DNA from: Rhynchobatus australiae | Taxonomy: Eukaryota | DNA: 64,000 nt | Reading direction: 5' to 3' | Assembly: GCA_034780895.1 (NCBI GenBank) | Contig: JAUZTB010000033.1 | Span: 8,213,513 to 8,277,512 of the forward strand | In this document: one piece after another, positions 12,930 through 25,200 of the stretch | How the letters are laid out: each line of letters opens with the position of its first letter | Position numbering within the stretch: position 1 is the stretch's first letter | Made by a program: the position numbers and the translations under genes | Notes under the pieces: model-generated | Told to the model about the DNA's origin: nothing | What the model saw: only the letters and a program-made list of their open reading frames with translations | The model's database searches: none

Positions 12930-13560
12930 AGTGCCAATCATCCCAACATCAAGATATTGATGCTGGAGCTCCAAGGTTTGTTCTAGGCCAAACAACCTTT
13001 AACTGCTTCATCAATGACTTTCCTCCCATCATGTCAGAAGGTGGGATGTTTACTGATGATTACAGAATGCTCAATTCCATTTAAGTATTCAACAAATGAA
13101 GCAGTACATTCTGCATGCAGCAAGACTGAAGAAACATTCAAGCACAAGCTAAAAAGTGGTAAATAATATCTTTGCCAGGCACCAACTAGAGAGTCCAATC
13201 ACATTCCCATTATATTCAATGGCATTACCATATCCCCCACAATCAACATCTTGGGGATAACCATTGACCAGAAACTCAATTGAGTCAGTCAGATGAATAC
13301 TGTGGCTACAGGAAGTGTGCAGTAATTAGTAATTGATTCTTCTCACACTGGAAATACACATCTTTTTACAAGGCAGAAGTTGGGAGCACAATGGAATATG
13401 CTCTCTGGATGAATGCAGGTCCAACAACACTCAAAAAGCTTGACACTGTCTTCACCCCTAAACGTTCACTTTCCCCCTCCCCCCACCACAAGCACATAGT
13501 AGCTGCAGTGTTTACTATCTACAAAATAGTATCAGCCACATAAACACAAGGGCAGGTAAG
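12930..13560 (+). mobile_element. Decayed LINE RT fragment
   Basis: AGAPRFVLGQTTFNCFINDFP...MFTDD, a degenerate GVPQGSVLGP.LF..FINDL / FADD RT motif. Confidence 0.7.
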
Positions 13561-13600
13561 TGAGTCACTTCCTGACACCCCAAAGCCATTCATTATGTGT

Positions 13601-13889
13601 AAGATATCTTTGTTCGTCACATGTACATCGAAACACACAGTGAAATGCATCTTTTGTGTCGAGTGTTCTGGGGGCAGCCCACAAGTGTCGCCACAATTCC
13701 AGCACCAACATTGCACGCCCACAACTTCCTAACCGGTATGTCTTTGGAATGTGGGAGGAAACCGGAGCACCCAGAGGAAACCCACACAAACACAGGGAGG
13801 ACGTACAAACTCCTTACAGACAGCAGCCAGGATTGAACCCAGGTCACTGGCTCTGTAATAGCATTACACTAATGGCTACACTACCGTGC
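13601..13889 (-). mobile_element. tRNA-derived V-SINE
   Basis: Reverse complement has a Pol III A/B box head, the V core gggtttcctctgggtgctccggtttcctcccaca and the tail ...aaagatatctt. Confidence 0.85.
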
Positions 13890-13982
13890 GTGTATAGGAG
13901 TGTTAAAATGCTCCCCACGTTCTTGGATGTATGCAGTTCTAACACTCAATACTGCCACCATCCAGGGTTCCTTAATGGTATC

Positions 13983-14059
13983 AATACACACAAAGTGCTG
14001 GAGGAACTCGCTTTTTGTAAATTGCTCCAGATTCCAGCAGCTGCAGAATTTCTTGTGTC
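13983..14059. mobile_element. Short inverted Penelope-like terminal-repeat insertion with 15-bp TSD
   Basis: TTCCTT(A/G)ATGGTATC at 13968-13982 and 14060-14074 flank cacaaagtgctggaggaactc...gctccagattccagcagctgcag. Confidence 0.7.
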
Positions 14060-14554
14060 TTCCTTGATGGTATCCTGCCTGCCACTCTCAATGATCATCC
14101 CCGGCAACACCACCAATTTTTGCTCATCCTTAATGGTCTTGGGGCTGAGGAAGTATGTATCAACCGGGCAGATTAGTGAGTCAGGAGTTACACCTAGATC
14201 AGATTCTATAATGGACAGCAGGTTTTCTTTAAAAGGCGTTGATGAATCCAGCATCTTTACAATATTCAGGTTGGTGAGTAACCCACTTTGCATGACAAGT
14301 TTATGCAATGTCCTAAATTTAATTGCCCCAAATGCCATGCTCTGATGTAAGATGTGAATGTGGTTTTATTTTCCTTTTTTTTCTGATTTATTATGTGCAT
14401 TTGTGCAAACTTGAGCACAATAAAGTTTTTAACACCACATAGTGACATCTGGTGACAGGAAAAAACTTACAAGACATAAATACTGGCTAATGAGATTTGC
14501 ATTTTAAGTGATATCAATATATTCTGCCGAATTCTTTTCATATCTTATTCAAAA

Positions 14555-15112
14555 GTAACACAGTAGTGTAGCGGTTAGTGCAATGCTATTACAGCGCCAG
14601 CAACCCAGGTTCAATTCCAGCCACTGTCTGTAAGGAATTTGTATGTTTTCCCCATGTCTGTGTGGGTTTCCTCCAGTGCTCCAGTTTCCTCCCACATTCC
14701 AAAGACATTTGGGTTGGGAAGTTGTGGGCATGCTATATTGGCGCTGGAAGCAGGGTGACACTTGCGGGCTGCCCCCAGAACACTACGCAAAAGATGCATT
14801 TCACTGTGTTTCGATGCACCTTATTGCACTGCACTTTCTCTGTAGCTGTGACACTTTACTGTTACTGTTTTTACGTTCAATGCACTTTGTACTAACTCAA
14901 TGAACTGTATTGTGTAATGAATTGACCTGTATGATCGGTTTGTAAGACAAGTTTTTCACTCTACCTCGGTNNNNNNNNNNNNNNNNNNNNNNNNNNNNNN
15001 NNNNNNNNNNNNNNNNNNNNNNNNNNNNNNNNNNNNNNNNNNNNNNNNNNNNNNNNNNNNNNNNNNNNNNGGTACAAGTGACTATAATAAACCAATACCA
15101 ATAAAGATATCT
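14555..15112 (+). mobile_element. tRNA-derived V-SINE with LINE 3' tail nested in its tail
   Basis: A box TAGTGTAGCGG 14564, B box GGTTCAATTCC 14608, V core; extra LINE-type tail 14820-15100 before the terminal aaagatatctt. Confidence 0.8.
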
Positions 15113-15279
15113 TTATATGTTGATGGGGGGGGGGGGCTGGAAGCATAGTCCCCAAACACCAGTCTGCATGAAGTGAACCGCATCATTATCTCCAGAGAGC
15201 AGGAATCGCAATCCTTGGGCCCAGAGTCTATTGTGGTGGAACCAACACGCTTGCCGGGAGGGGCTGGCTTGGACAATCA

Positions 15280-16270
15280 TTTTTTAAATTTTCCGGGGCG
15301 GTCATTGTTTAGTTTCTTTGCAGAGTAGGAAGTGGGCTGCAATTGCACATCGCTCTCAAATGTTATGAATTTGCATTCAGGGAATATAAAGTGTCCGGCG
15401 AGGGGAAATGCCTGCGATCGGAGCTGGGCTCGGCTCGGCTCCGCTGCAAACACCAGGGACTGGAGCCGCCTCGCGCCGACCGGCGCAACGTTCCAATCGC
15501 AACGGGCCGACTTCCGACTCGCATCGGACACCACCATCGCTTCACCGACGGGGGGGGAAGGAAGATAGAGGAGCAGCGCAGTCGCACTTAATAAGCATTA
15601 ATGGGGTAGTGAGTGAAGGATGACAGGGTATATACCTTTAAATATGCCAGTGCATGGCGGGGTTGGGGTGTAAGTTTGACGGGTGTTGTGTTTGGGATGG
15701 GTGTTAGGGTACAGTCCCCCCTCTATCCCGGGCCGGGTGGGGGGCGGGGCCTGTGGCAGATCACGTGGGAGGCGCCGGGTGCCGGGCGACCACACGAGGC
15801 AGGCGGGCGGGCGGAGCCGGGCGGGCCCGCTGCTGGTGGCCCGTCGGTCGGTGGGGTCGGTGGGTGGTGAGGGACGGGGGACCGGATGGGAGCGGCGGCA
15901 CCATGGCGCAGCCGGGCGGTGTGAGAGGTCGGGTGTCGGCCGACAGGCTGCGCTCCTGGTGGGAGGTGCCGGCCATCGCGCACTTCTGCTCCTTGTTCCG
16001 GGCCGCCTTCGCGCTGCCCGACTTCGAGATCGAGGTGAGGCTGCGAGTCGACGCCACCCCCCGGATCCGAGGCCTTGCCGTGCGGGGGAAAGGGGACGGT
16101 CGCGCCGGGACGGGCCTGGCCGTCTCCTGGAGGGGGGGAAATCCACTCTAACCGAGGCCCCAGGCCCTGTGGTTTATCTGCCCTACGGTGTCGGGTGTGA
16201 TAACCGTGAATCCGTCCCTAGTGTTTCACCCCCTGTCACGCTTTTGAGAGCTTCCTTGATCCAACCTCTG
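15280..16270 (+). promoter_or_regulatory. CpG island / promoter of CECR2-like gene
   Basis: Abrupt GC- and CpG-rich segment in a CpG-poor background; GC box GGGGCGGGGC 15741-15750, E-box CACGTG 15762-15767, strong Kozak gcggcaccATGG at 15903. Confidence 0.85.
15903..16034 (+). CDS. CECR2: CECR2-like exon 1
   Basis: [44 protein letters not shown]|gtgagg; 132 nt. Confidence 0.95.
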
Positions 16271-19200
16271 CGGTTGCTGCCTTTCATTNNNNNNNNNNNN
16301 NNNNNNNNNNNNNNNNNNAAGGGCGTTTATTGCCCGCTTTCCCCTTGTATTTGCTCTCTGCGGGATGTATGTTGCCCCCTTGCCTTTGGATCTGTTGTTT
16401 CTCCCTCCACTTGGCATCATTTATTGTTTGTAAGGGTGTTTATTGCCTGCCTTCCCCTTAGGTTTGGTCCTTGGAGGATGTTTGTTGCCCCCGCCCCTCC
16501 ATTTGGATCCATTTATTGTGTGTAAGGGTGTTTATTGCCTGCTTTCCCCTTGGATTTGGGCTTGGGGGGGGGGGTGTTTGCTGGCCCCGTGCCCTTGGAT
16601 CTGTTACCCCCACGGGTTAATTTATTGTGGGTAAGGGTGTTTATTGCCTGCTTTCCCGTTGGATTTGGTCTCTGGGGGTGTTCTTGCCTCCTTGCCCAAG
16701 GATCTGTTGTTCCCCCACCCCAGCCACCCTTGGACTTGGGTGTGATTGTTCCTTGTACTGAATTGTTACCCAACTCTCCAGTGGGGGATTTACTCGGGTT
16801 TGTATTAGCGTAGTTGAGTTGGTTGTTGTGAAATCCGAATCTTTTCCTTGGAATAACGTAGGTGGGCCAAATCATGTTTGGATTTTTGTTTGATTGTCAG
16901 GGTTAAGTGAGCTGCAATTAGGATAGGGTTTAGGAATGTTTTAAATTTTCTTTTTATTTAAAGAAAAGGAAACACTTGTTAAATTGTGCCAAGTATAGTA
17001 TTATTGTGATGGTTCCTTTGTTGTTTTTTTGTCTGGCTGTTAAGGCTTAGTGACTCATGTCTCTTTAATGTACAGCATTATATTATTTTATTCATTTTGT
17101 AATGTCTTCATGTAGGCGAGCTCTGGAAAGAGTGAAAACTTGCCTTGAGTCTAAGCCAATGATGCAGTAATGTTTCCTTTTAAGCAAGGTGTTGCTTACG
17201 GAAAATTGTGTTTGCAAATTATTGTTTCGTGAGAATTGATCTAGCACTTAATGAATTTCTGAAATTTAAGGGAAAAGTTTGTTAAATCAAAAACTGGAAA
17301 TACTTGAGAGAATACATCTGAGGGTGCTGTGAAAAGCATGAAGTGCTTTGGATTTCTTGATGGTTTAATATGTTCAGTTGGATTTTATAGCATAATGTTA
17401 CAGTATGCACTGAGTGACTTTTGTTCCAACACTGTAAATTATTTCCTTGTGCTGTTTTTGACAGTGTCACCAACCACATTCCTCGTCATCTGGTGAATTT
17501 GACTAGTTATTTTTAAAACAAGACTTGCATGTGTAAAGGGCATTTCACAGTCATGGGTATAAAAGGCTGTTACAACTAATGGAATACTTTTTGAAGCATC
17601 GTCAATGCCCAAGGAATTTAGTAGTAAATCTGCGCAAACAGGATTTTGACGCTGTAAACTTAACTCTTTGTCGAGGAAGCAGCCTCAATATTGCCCATTT
17701 GAACACTGTAAGATTGAGACACAAGAGAGACAGCAGATGCTGGAAATTTAGAGCAACACACAAAGGACCTGGAGGAACTCAGTGAATCAGGCAGCATCTG
17801 TGGAGGGAAAGGGATGGTCAACGGTTTGGGTTGTAACATTTCGGGTTGTGACTCTTCATCAGGACGGTACAGGAAGCGGGGAGATGGCCAATATAAAAAA
17901 AGGGGTGGAGCAAGAGCTGGCAGGTAGGGGTGGGTGATAGGGAGGAGGGAGAGTGGGAATGAAGTGAAAAGCTGAGAGTTGATGGGTAGAAGTAACAAAG
18001 GGCTGACGAAGATGGAATCTGATAGGAGAGAACAGTGGACCATGGAATAAAGGGTGGAATGTGGAAACTGGTGGAGGAATGTGTGGGTGATGGGCAGATT
18101 GAGAGGGGAAAGAGGGTGATGGCTGGTGGGATAAGAAAAAAAGGGGGACAGAAGGTAGTGGTTACATTGTAAGTGGGTGCTGTGATACTCCCTCAACACC
18201 ACCATGATTTTGTGATGTAATATCTTGAACCCACAACCTTCTGACTTGGTGGCGAGTACTATATACCACTGAGTCACAAGGTTCACTTCTTCCACCACAC
18301 TTCCACTTCCCTGCCTGAAGTAAGCAAACTTCTTAACCATGACTTTCATTGCTGATTCACTCGCTGACTCATTTCTTTACTTGTAGTTTTTTGTGAATTT
18401 TAAGAGAAATCTTCATGAAATTCTTTAAGAACTGTTTCCCTTTTGAATTTTTAATTGAAAGAGCAAGTTTTTTGTTTTAACCAGTCAACAATTTGCACAA
18501 TGATGCATTTACATTGGCTCCTTTGATCATAATGGCACATATGGCCACTGTGCACCTTAATCTCTGGAATGGGATTAAAATGTAACACTGAACAAATGAA
18601 ATTTGCTACTCTCGTCCTATATGAATTATTGATAGTAAATGTGTGTGTTGCCATTCAGTGGAGATTGTCTTGAGACAAAAGCAAAATACTGCTGATGTTT
18701 AGAATTTGAATAAGAAGGGAAAATGCTTGAAGTACTTGGATGTGTAGCAGCTGTGTAGAGAGATGCAGAATTAACACAAGTACATTTGAAATGTTGCCTG
18801 TTGGATTTTAAAAGATGTGTTGATTTTAAAAGAACTTTTTTTTTCTGGTGAAATGGCTGGCACTGTTCTCTGGTTTTGGCTTAAGGTACACACTGGGCAG
18901 GATTTGTAGTGAATTGTTGACATTTCCAGTTCTTTGGCGGTTTCTTGTGAATACTCTGGACTCGCGTGTTGAAATAAAACTGCTGCACGTGCAGAGAATC
19001 CTTCCAGAATAGCCCTGGTTAAATGAGCTTTGATTTATTTGAATGAGGAGGAAATATAATGGGGAAAGGGGTGTTGTTAGTTTACTTGGTTTTCTGACTT
19101 TTTTTATAGCTTTTATGTGATTGTCAAATATTTCGCTGGTGGGAGTTCTTCTGCCTCCTGATCTGAGGGCATTTGCTGCGCAAGGCCCAGCCCAGTGGTT

Positions 19201-22200
19201 TGCCTTTTACAAATCCCCAGTGTTGATGTGTGAGTGAGTTTGGGCTTGCTGATTTTGAAACTGTGAATGTCTGTCATTAGCAGGAAGTTCTGGGATGGGG
19301 AAATAGATGCACATCTCCATGGTGTTCTCTGAGGAGTTCAGTACAAGGTATGAGCATTTGAAAGTAAAATTGGAGGAAAAGACCAAATGGTTCTCCAAGA
19401 CTGTTAGAAAGGTCATTTGAGTGTGTGAGGTGTCTAGAAGATTCCTTTCCAACTCATGTTGGTGATTAAAACATTGACTATAATTCATATAACTGAAAAT
19501 TTTTGTGTTCCACTGAGTCTGTCCCATGATGACAGCATGTTTCTATTGTCCTCCTGGGGTGGAAACGCTTAACATCTAATCTATTTCTGCTCCTGTGATT
19601 TGTATACACAGTCCTTGGTGCTTAATCTGTTTAAATGAAATAATCTGTCAGCGTGAACACGGTATAATACTCATTATGCTGAAACACTTCTAGCAAATTC
19701 ACATGGAGGCTATGTATCTCTTAAGCAAAGTAATGCAAATTTTTTTTTCCAGCCTACCTGGTTATCTATAACCAACTAGACTGCAATTTCTTTTGTTCAG
19801 CGGTAACTACTGTGTCACTCAAACTTTGCAAAGTAGCTCAGGTACTGTAATTGGAGGTGGCGTTGCTGTTACAAACTTTCCCTAACTCAATGGCCCATCT
19901 CCATGCAACGTATGATGGACTATGAAAAGCAATGTAATACTCAAAGTCCTGATGAATGGTCTTGACCTGAAACATTAACTGTTTATTTCCCTCCATAGAT
20001 GCTGCCTGATCTGCTGAGTTCCTCCAGCATTTTGTGTTGCTCCAGATTCCAGCATCTGCAGAATCTCTTGTGTCTCTGTAATACTCAAAGTGCTATTTTT
20101 CTTGTAATTTGACCCTCGTCTTTACTGTAATGCTGTGAAGCAGAGTCCTGGCCAGCAAGAGCGACTACTTTTATAGTGGACCTTTTGTCCACAGGAAGCA
20201 CATCATTCTCCAGATCATTGCTGACAGTCAGTGCCTGGTCACTACAGTGAAACACATCTGGTTTGACACAATCCAGGATTTAGACTCCAGTAATGACTTG
20301 CAAAGACACTAGCTTTAAAGATGTGACTCAGCATATTTATTGTTCATCGGCTCACTTTTAAACTTCAGTGGCAACTATTTTTAATGAATGATGTAGAATT
20401 GATACATATACACATCGAGTATGACTAGATTTTTGAATTAATCGCAAGCAATGTAAACACATCGAGTATGACTAGATTTTTGAATTAATCGCAAGCAATG
20501 TAAGGGTAAAACAATTTCTACAATCCTTGCATCTAGGAAAAATTGATGAATTCACTGAGGAAAAACTTTGCACAGGAACTTTGAGAGGATGGTTTGGATC
20601 CATGGATGGACATCAGGGCATCTACAGTGGTGATAGTTAGAAATCCTTTTAGTCAGAGGCTAGCTGCAGAAGTGGTGCTGTAAATTTGAGAGGTAAAATT
20701 GAAACGGAAATAATTACTACTTCATAAATAATTGTTGTCTAATAATTGGAAACTACCAGCAGCATTGTCTTAAAATTGAAGTGATTTGGGTGGATTGGTT
20801 CATTACATTTGGCACAATTAACCAGACTAAGAGAACAAATTTGGTGCAATAATGTTAGTGGCAGGAATGTTGTTGAATACTGAAGTGATCCTATTGGGAC
20901 AGAAATGGGCAATGTATCCATTTTCAAAAGTGGCAATTGCCTCCATTTATTATATAGGAAGAAGGTGAGAATTGCTTGCCCAATTACTTTAATACGATCT
21001 GGAGGTGTTCAGAAGTTATCTGTCAATCTCTGGCAACTTGAGTAATATCCCATGTGGATTCTGAAGGAATTTTGTGAAGTTGTATGCCTTGACTTTAATC
21101 AGCATAGCGATCTTTGAAAGTATTTTAAGTTTTTGGTGGAGGGCATTCAAGGCAAAACAGAAGTCCACAAGATGAGGAAGCTAATAAATAAATTACCTGC
21201 AATGACTGTCATTGCCAATTCCTGCATCAGCACTTCAGCTGTTTTAAAATTAAATATCAAAGATTTTTAAATGAAATGATTTGAAGGAAAGACTGTTTTG
21301 ATACAGATTTCTCCTGAACTGTTTTCCATTGGGTGGCAGTTTTGTCTTCAATTATTATACCATTGCATTTATTTCATAAACCATGCCTGCATTTTTGAAA
21401 AGTATTGCACATTCAGTGAGTTGATAGATTGTTAAAGGAGAATGTAACATTGTGCCTTTAATCTGCTGAAGTGATGCTTGGCTCTTGTAGGGTTATATAG
21501 TTTGATACCCTATGCTAAAAATCTTTTTCAATCTTCTCATGTGACCAGCTTCGTACCCGCTGATTTTTATTTCAAGCATGGGGTTCTTTATTTGTTACTG
21601 GCACAAGTTTACTATTGGAGGATCTTCTTGATTTCTTTGGGCTAAAGATGAGGCTATGGACTTTCTGGCCTCACTGGGTTCTGTATATGTTTCAGTTGTG
21701 TCTGCATTTAAGCTCCTGTTGCAAGGATGTCTGCAAAAGTTCATGCCTCACTGAAGATGTAGCTATTTGAACAATGGGTTAAATTCTACATCAAGGTTGC
21801 AGACCCATCCCATGGCTTCGGGTGAGGCTGTGTGGATGAATACTATGCCAGCACTACAAAATCTTGCAGAACAATTCCAGATGTGAACAATTGGTCCGAT
21901 TGGTTTGCAGTGATTGCAGCTGGGGGCTTTTTTCTCATTTTGCACATGGAGCAAATGGTCGTACTTCAAACAACAAATTGGCTTTGATCCTGTGGGTGAT
22001 GTTGGTAAATGTTCACCTTAACCAACCAGGTTAATCTTCTTATTCCTAAAATTGCTGGTTGGCCTCAGCTGAATCTTGACTACATTTATGTGGCAACTTT
22101 TCAACTGGTTGTGCATTGGTTTGTCAGTTGTCATGACTACCAAAGTAAGCAAAGCTCTGTGTGATTTGCTGACATTGCTACCCCAAGTTGTGTCAGCTAA

Positions 22201-25200
22201 CTGGAATAGATAATGAGGTTATGTGGTTCTTGTAATAAATTCTGTCCTTTCATGCACTAATAATGAAGCAGTATAACTTAATGCAAGGAAGTAACTGAAA
22301 TTGGGGAATAATTTTCCAAGTTTCTTAATGCATAAGCATCAAAATATGAAATGCATCTTTTCAATTTTTAATGATGAATGGACTATTGATCGAGAAGGAC
22401 ATGTCCATATCAGTCTAATACTTCAAATTTCACATTTTCTTTTACAATTGTTTATAGCCTCTCAGTGGGGATAGGAAGAAGAGACTTGTGTCATCACTGA
22501 GCATGTTCCTAGTATTGAAGCTAATTTTTGATGTGTTTGGCTTTATAGTGCTCTTAACAATTCAACATGTTTGCTTCCTCTTTTTTTTAAATTTCTGAAA
22601 TGAGGCTTTGAATGATGCAATATATTAGAACTGTGGAATGGTATAATGGGAGGAAGTTATTTGTCCATTAAGTATGTGATGAGCTTTTGTAGAGTAATCC
22701 AATAAGTTGTACATCTCACCTATAAACAAAGATTTCCCCCCCTTCTTCTACCCCCCCAAAAAAAACCACCACCACCATACTTCACAAGGCTGTGGAGAAG
22801 AGAACATTATTAAGGCTGATACTTATGAAATACTCTGGTGGATGCGAATGTGGGTAATGAAATGATCAGCCATTTATCTTATTGCAGAGCAGGCTTGAAG
22901 GTCTGAGTGCCTACTCCTAATTTGTATGTAATTAGTATTCAGTTTGAGAGAGAATATGTAACTGCATATGCAAACTAGTCTTGCATTCAGATTCCAACTG
23001 GAGTTTTGCAGTATCTTATGTGAACACCTATGTTCTCCCCTGTCTGTCAATCCCCTGCCTCCCAGTAGTACCATTTAACTCAACTATTCTGGCGTAGTAA
23101 CTAAAATGCAGTAAAATGCATCTGAGTAATATCTGAAGATGGCAATATCTGCAATATGTCTGACAAATAATAGTTTAGGAGCTGTGCTACATAGATCAGT
23201 ACTGCACAGGATCAGGCCATTCAGCCCAGTATGTTTATGCTGACCGCAGTAGCAATTTAAGCTGCACATCTGCCTGCACATGATCTATATCCATCCCCAC
23301 TGCATGTCCATGTGCCCATCTAAAGGCCTCTTAAACATTGTTATCATGTCTACTACCACCAGCTCCCCTAGCACCATATTACAGGTACCTAGCACTCTTC
23401 CTTTCTTAAAAAAAGTTTCTTAAATCGCCCTTTAAACTTTTCTCCTCTTTAAAACTATGCCCTCTAGTATTTGATATTTCCACTCTGGGGAGAAAAGGCT
23501 CTGACTATATGCTTCTCATAATTTTGGATATTTCAGGGCATCCCTCATCCTCCAACATTTCAGAAAAGACAACCTAAATTTTTCTCATGTCTCCTTGTAG
23601 CTAATACTCTCTTAACCAGGCAGCATCCTGATGAACCTCTTCTGCACCCTCTCCAAAGTCCCCACATCCCCCTTGTAATGCAGTGACCAGAACTGCGCAC
23701 AATACTCTGGAAGAGAAAAGTTTGAGGTGGTTAAATCTTGAATTAAGGGATTGTATCAGATGCCTAATCCTATTTAGATTTTTGGAAACATTCCAACATT
23801 ATCAAATTTTAAGTAATAAATATGTATGTTGCATCATAGAAAATGTGACACGGGAGACCATTTTGTCCTTTCATAATGTTGAGATGGTGCTATCCATGCC
23901 TAATCCCTCTTTCCAATAATTAGTCCGTATTCATAGGTCACAGCTTGTCAAATACATATCCTCGTTTCAGCCTCTACCACCCTTTTTGGCAGAGAAATCC
24001 AGGCCCCTGACCACCTTTATTACCACCCCACAGTTTATATGGCGGAGTCCTGCATGGTATGCAAATGCTTAATGGTAATCCTGCCCTTAATAGCACAGGT
24101 GTATGTTGTGGCACAGTTATCATTGCTCATCACTTTCAAGGAATACAAGGAACACCAAATTCCACTATACTGGGATTTGTTAAACATAAATCAGAAAGTT
24201 GTCAAATTTGCCCAGCTTCCTGCAGGCTTTCTTGCATTAGTCCCTCACCAAAAGACTTAACAGTCTAATACACAGGGCTAGAGACTGCTGTTCTTACCTG
24301 CTAAATACCCATAAAAGCTTGTGAGTTNNNNNNNNNNNNNNNNNNNNNNNNNNNNNNNNNNNNNNNNNNNNNNNNNNNNNNNNNNNNNNNNNNNNNNNNN
24401 NNNNNNNNNNNNNNNNNNNNNNNNNNNNNNNNNNNNNNNNNNNNNNNNNNNNNNNNNNNNNNNNNNNNNNNNNNNNNNNNNNNNNNNNNNNNNNNNNNNN
24501 NNNNNNNNNNNNNNNNNNNNNNNATTCTGTACTGAATTAAATACTCTGATGCAACATTTGCAGTTTCAGGTCAGCAACTCTGGAAAGGTTCTTCAGATCC
24601 CCTGCAGAAAGTTCTGCATTCTATTGATTCCACATTGACAATGTCACCATTACCCCAGACCAAGTGTCCTTGGCAGCTATAAGCATAATTAATGGTTCTG
24701 CATCGGAAATCTAGGTCATGTGGTCACCTAAACCTAACCCATTTCAAGATCTGGTACTATAGTAGGATTAAGACTAAATAAAGTTCCTAATTACCTGTAA
24801 TTTTACTCAGCACAGTAAAACTCTGTTAATCTGGTACGCTCAGGATTTTGGTTCCAGATCGACAGATGTTTCAGATAATTGGATATTATTCTAATTAATG
24901 AGCTAATGTTCTCAAATTTATTTCTGTAGATGTAAACATAGTACAGTGGTATAATATTCCAGTGAGTTTCAAGGAACTGTGGAAACTGGGACTGAGCGAA
25001 ATGCTGGGCCATCGGGATTTCTGAGCAAACAAACCGTGGATTATCAGAGTTTTGTAGTAATATGAAATCACTTTGACATTTATGGATTTTTTCAGTTAAC
25101 TTCCAGGGTTGGATAACTTGAAATTTGAATTCTGGAATACTTTGCCAAAGGCGTTGTAAACTCAGACATCATCTGATTCTTATTCTTTTGTATCTAGATA

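Noticed and set aside
13656-14345. 229-aa (+) and 130-aa (-) ORFs
   Set aside because: Built from SINE, LINE and Penelope-like fragments; no recognisable protein.
14555-14630. tRNA-like A/B boxes
   Set aside because: SINE head running into a V-domain; no complete cloverleaf.
15277-16525. Many overlapping ORFs on both strands and a possible divergent gene
   Set aside because: Expected from stop-poor CpG-island sequence; only 15903-16034 has homology and splice support.
16319-16760. Repeat-spacer pattern superficially like a CRISPR array
   Set aside because: Vertebrate intron; the 'spacers' are mutually similar and no cas genes are present.
17660-18349. 229-aa minus-strand ORF
   Set aside because: Low-complexity pyrimidine-rich Penelope-like repeat plus SINE.
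21640-21755. [11 protein letters not shown]...LLLQGCLQK reading resembling CECR2 exon 2
   Set aside because: Wrong spacing, ends in a stop, no suitable donor; the true exon 2 is at 35695-35776.
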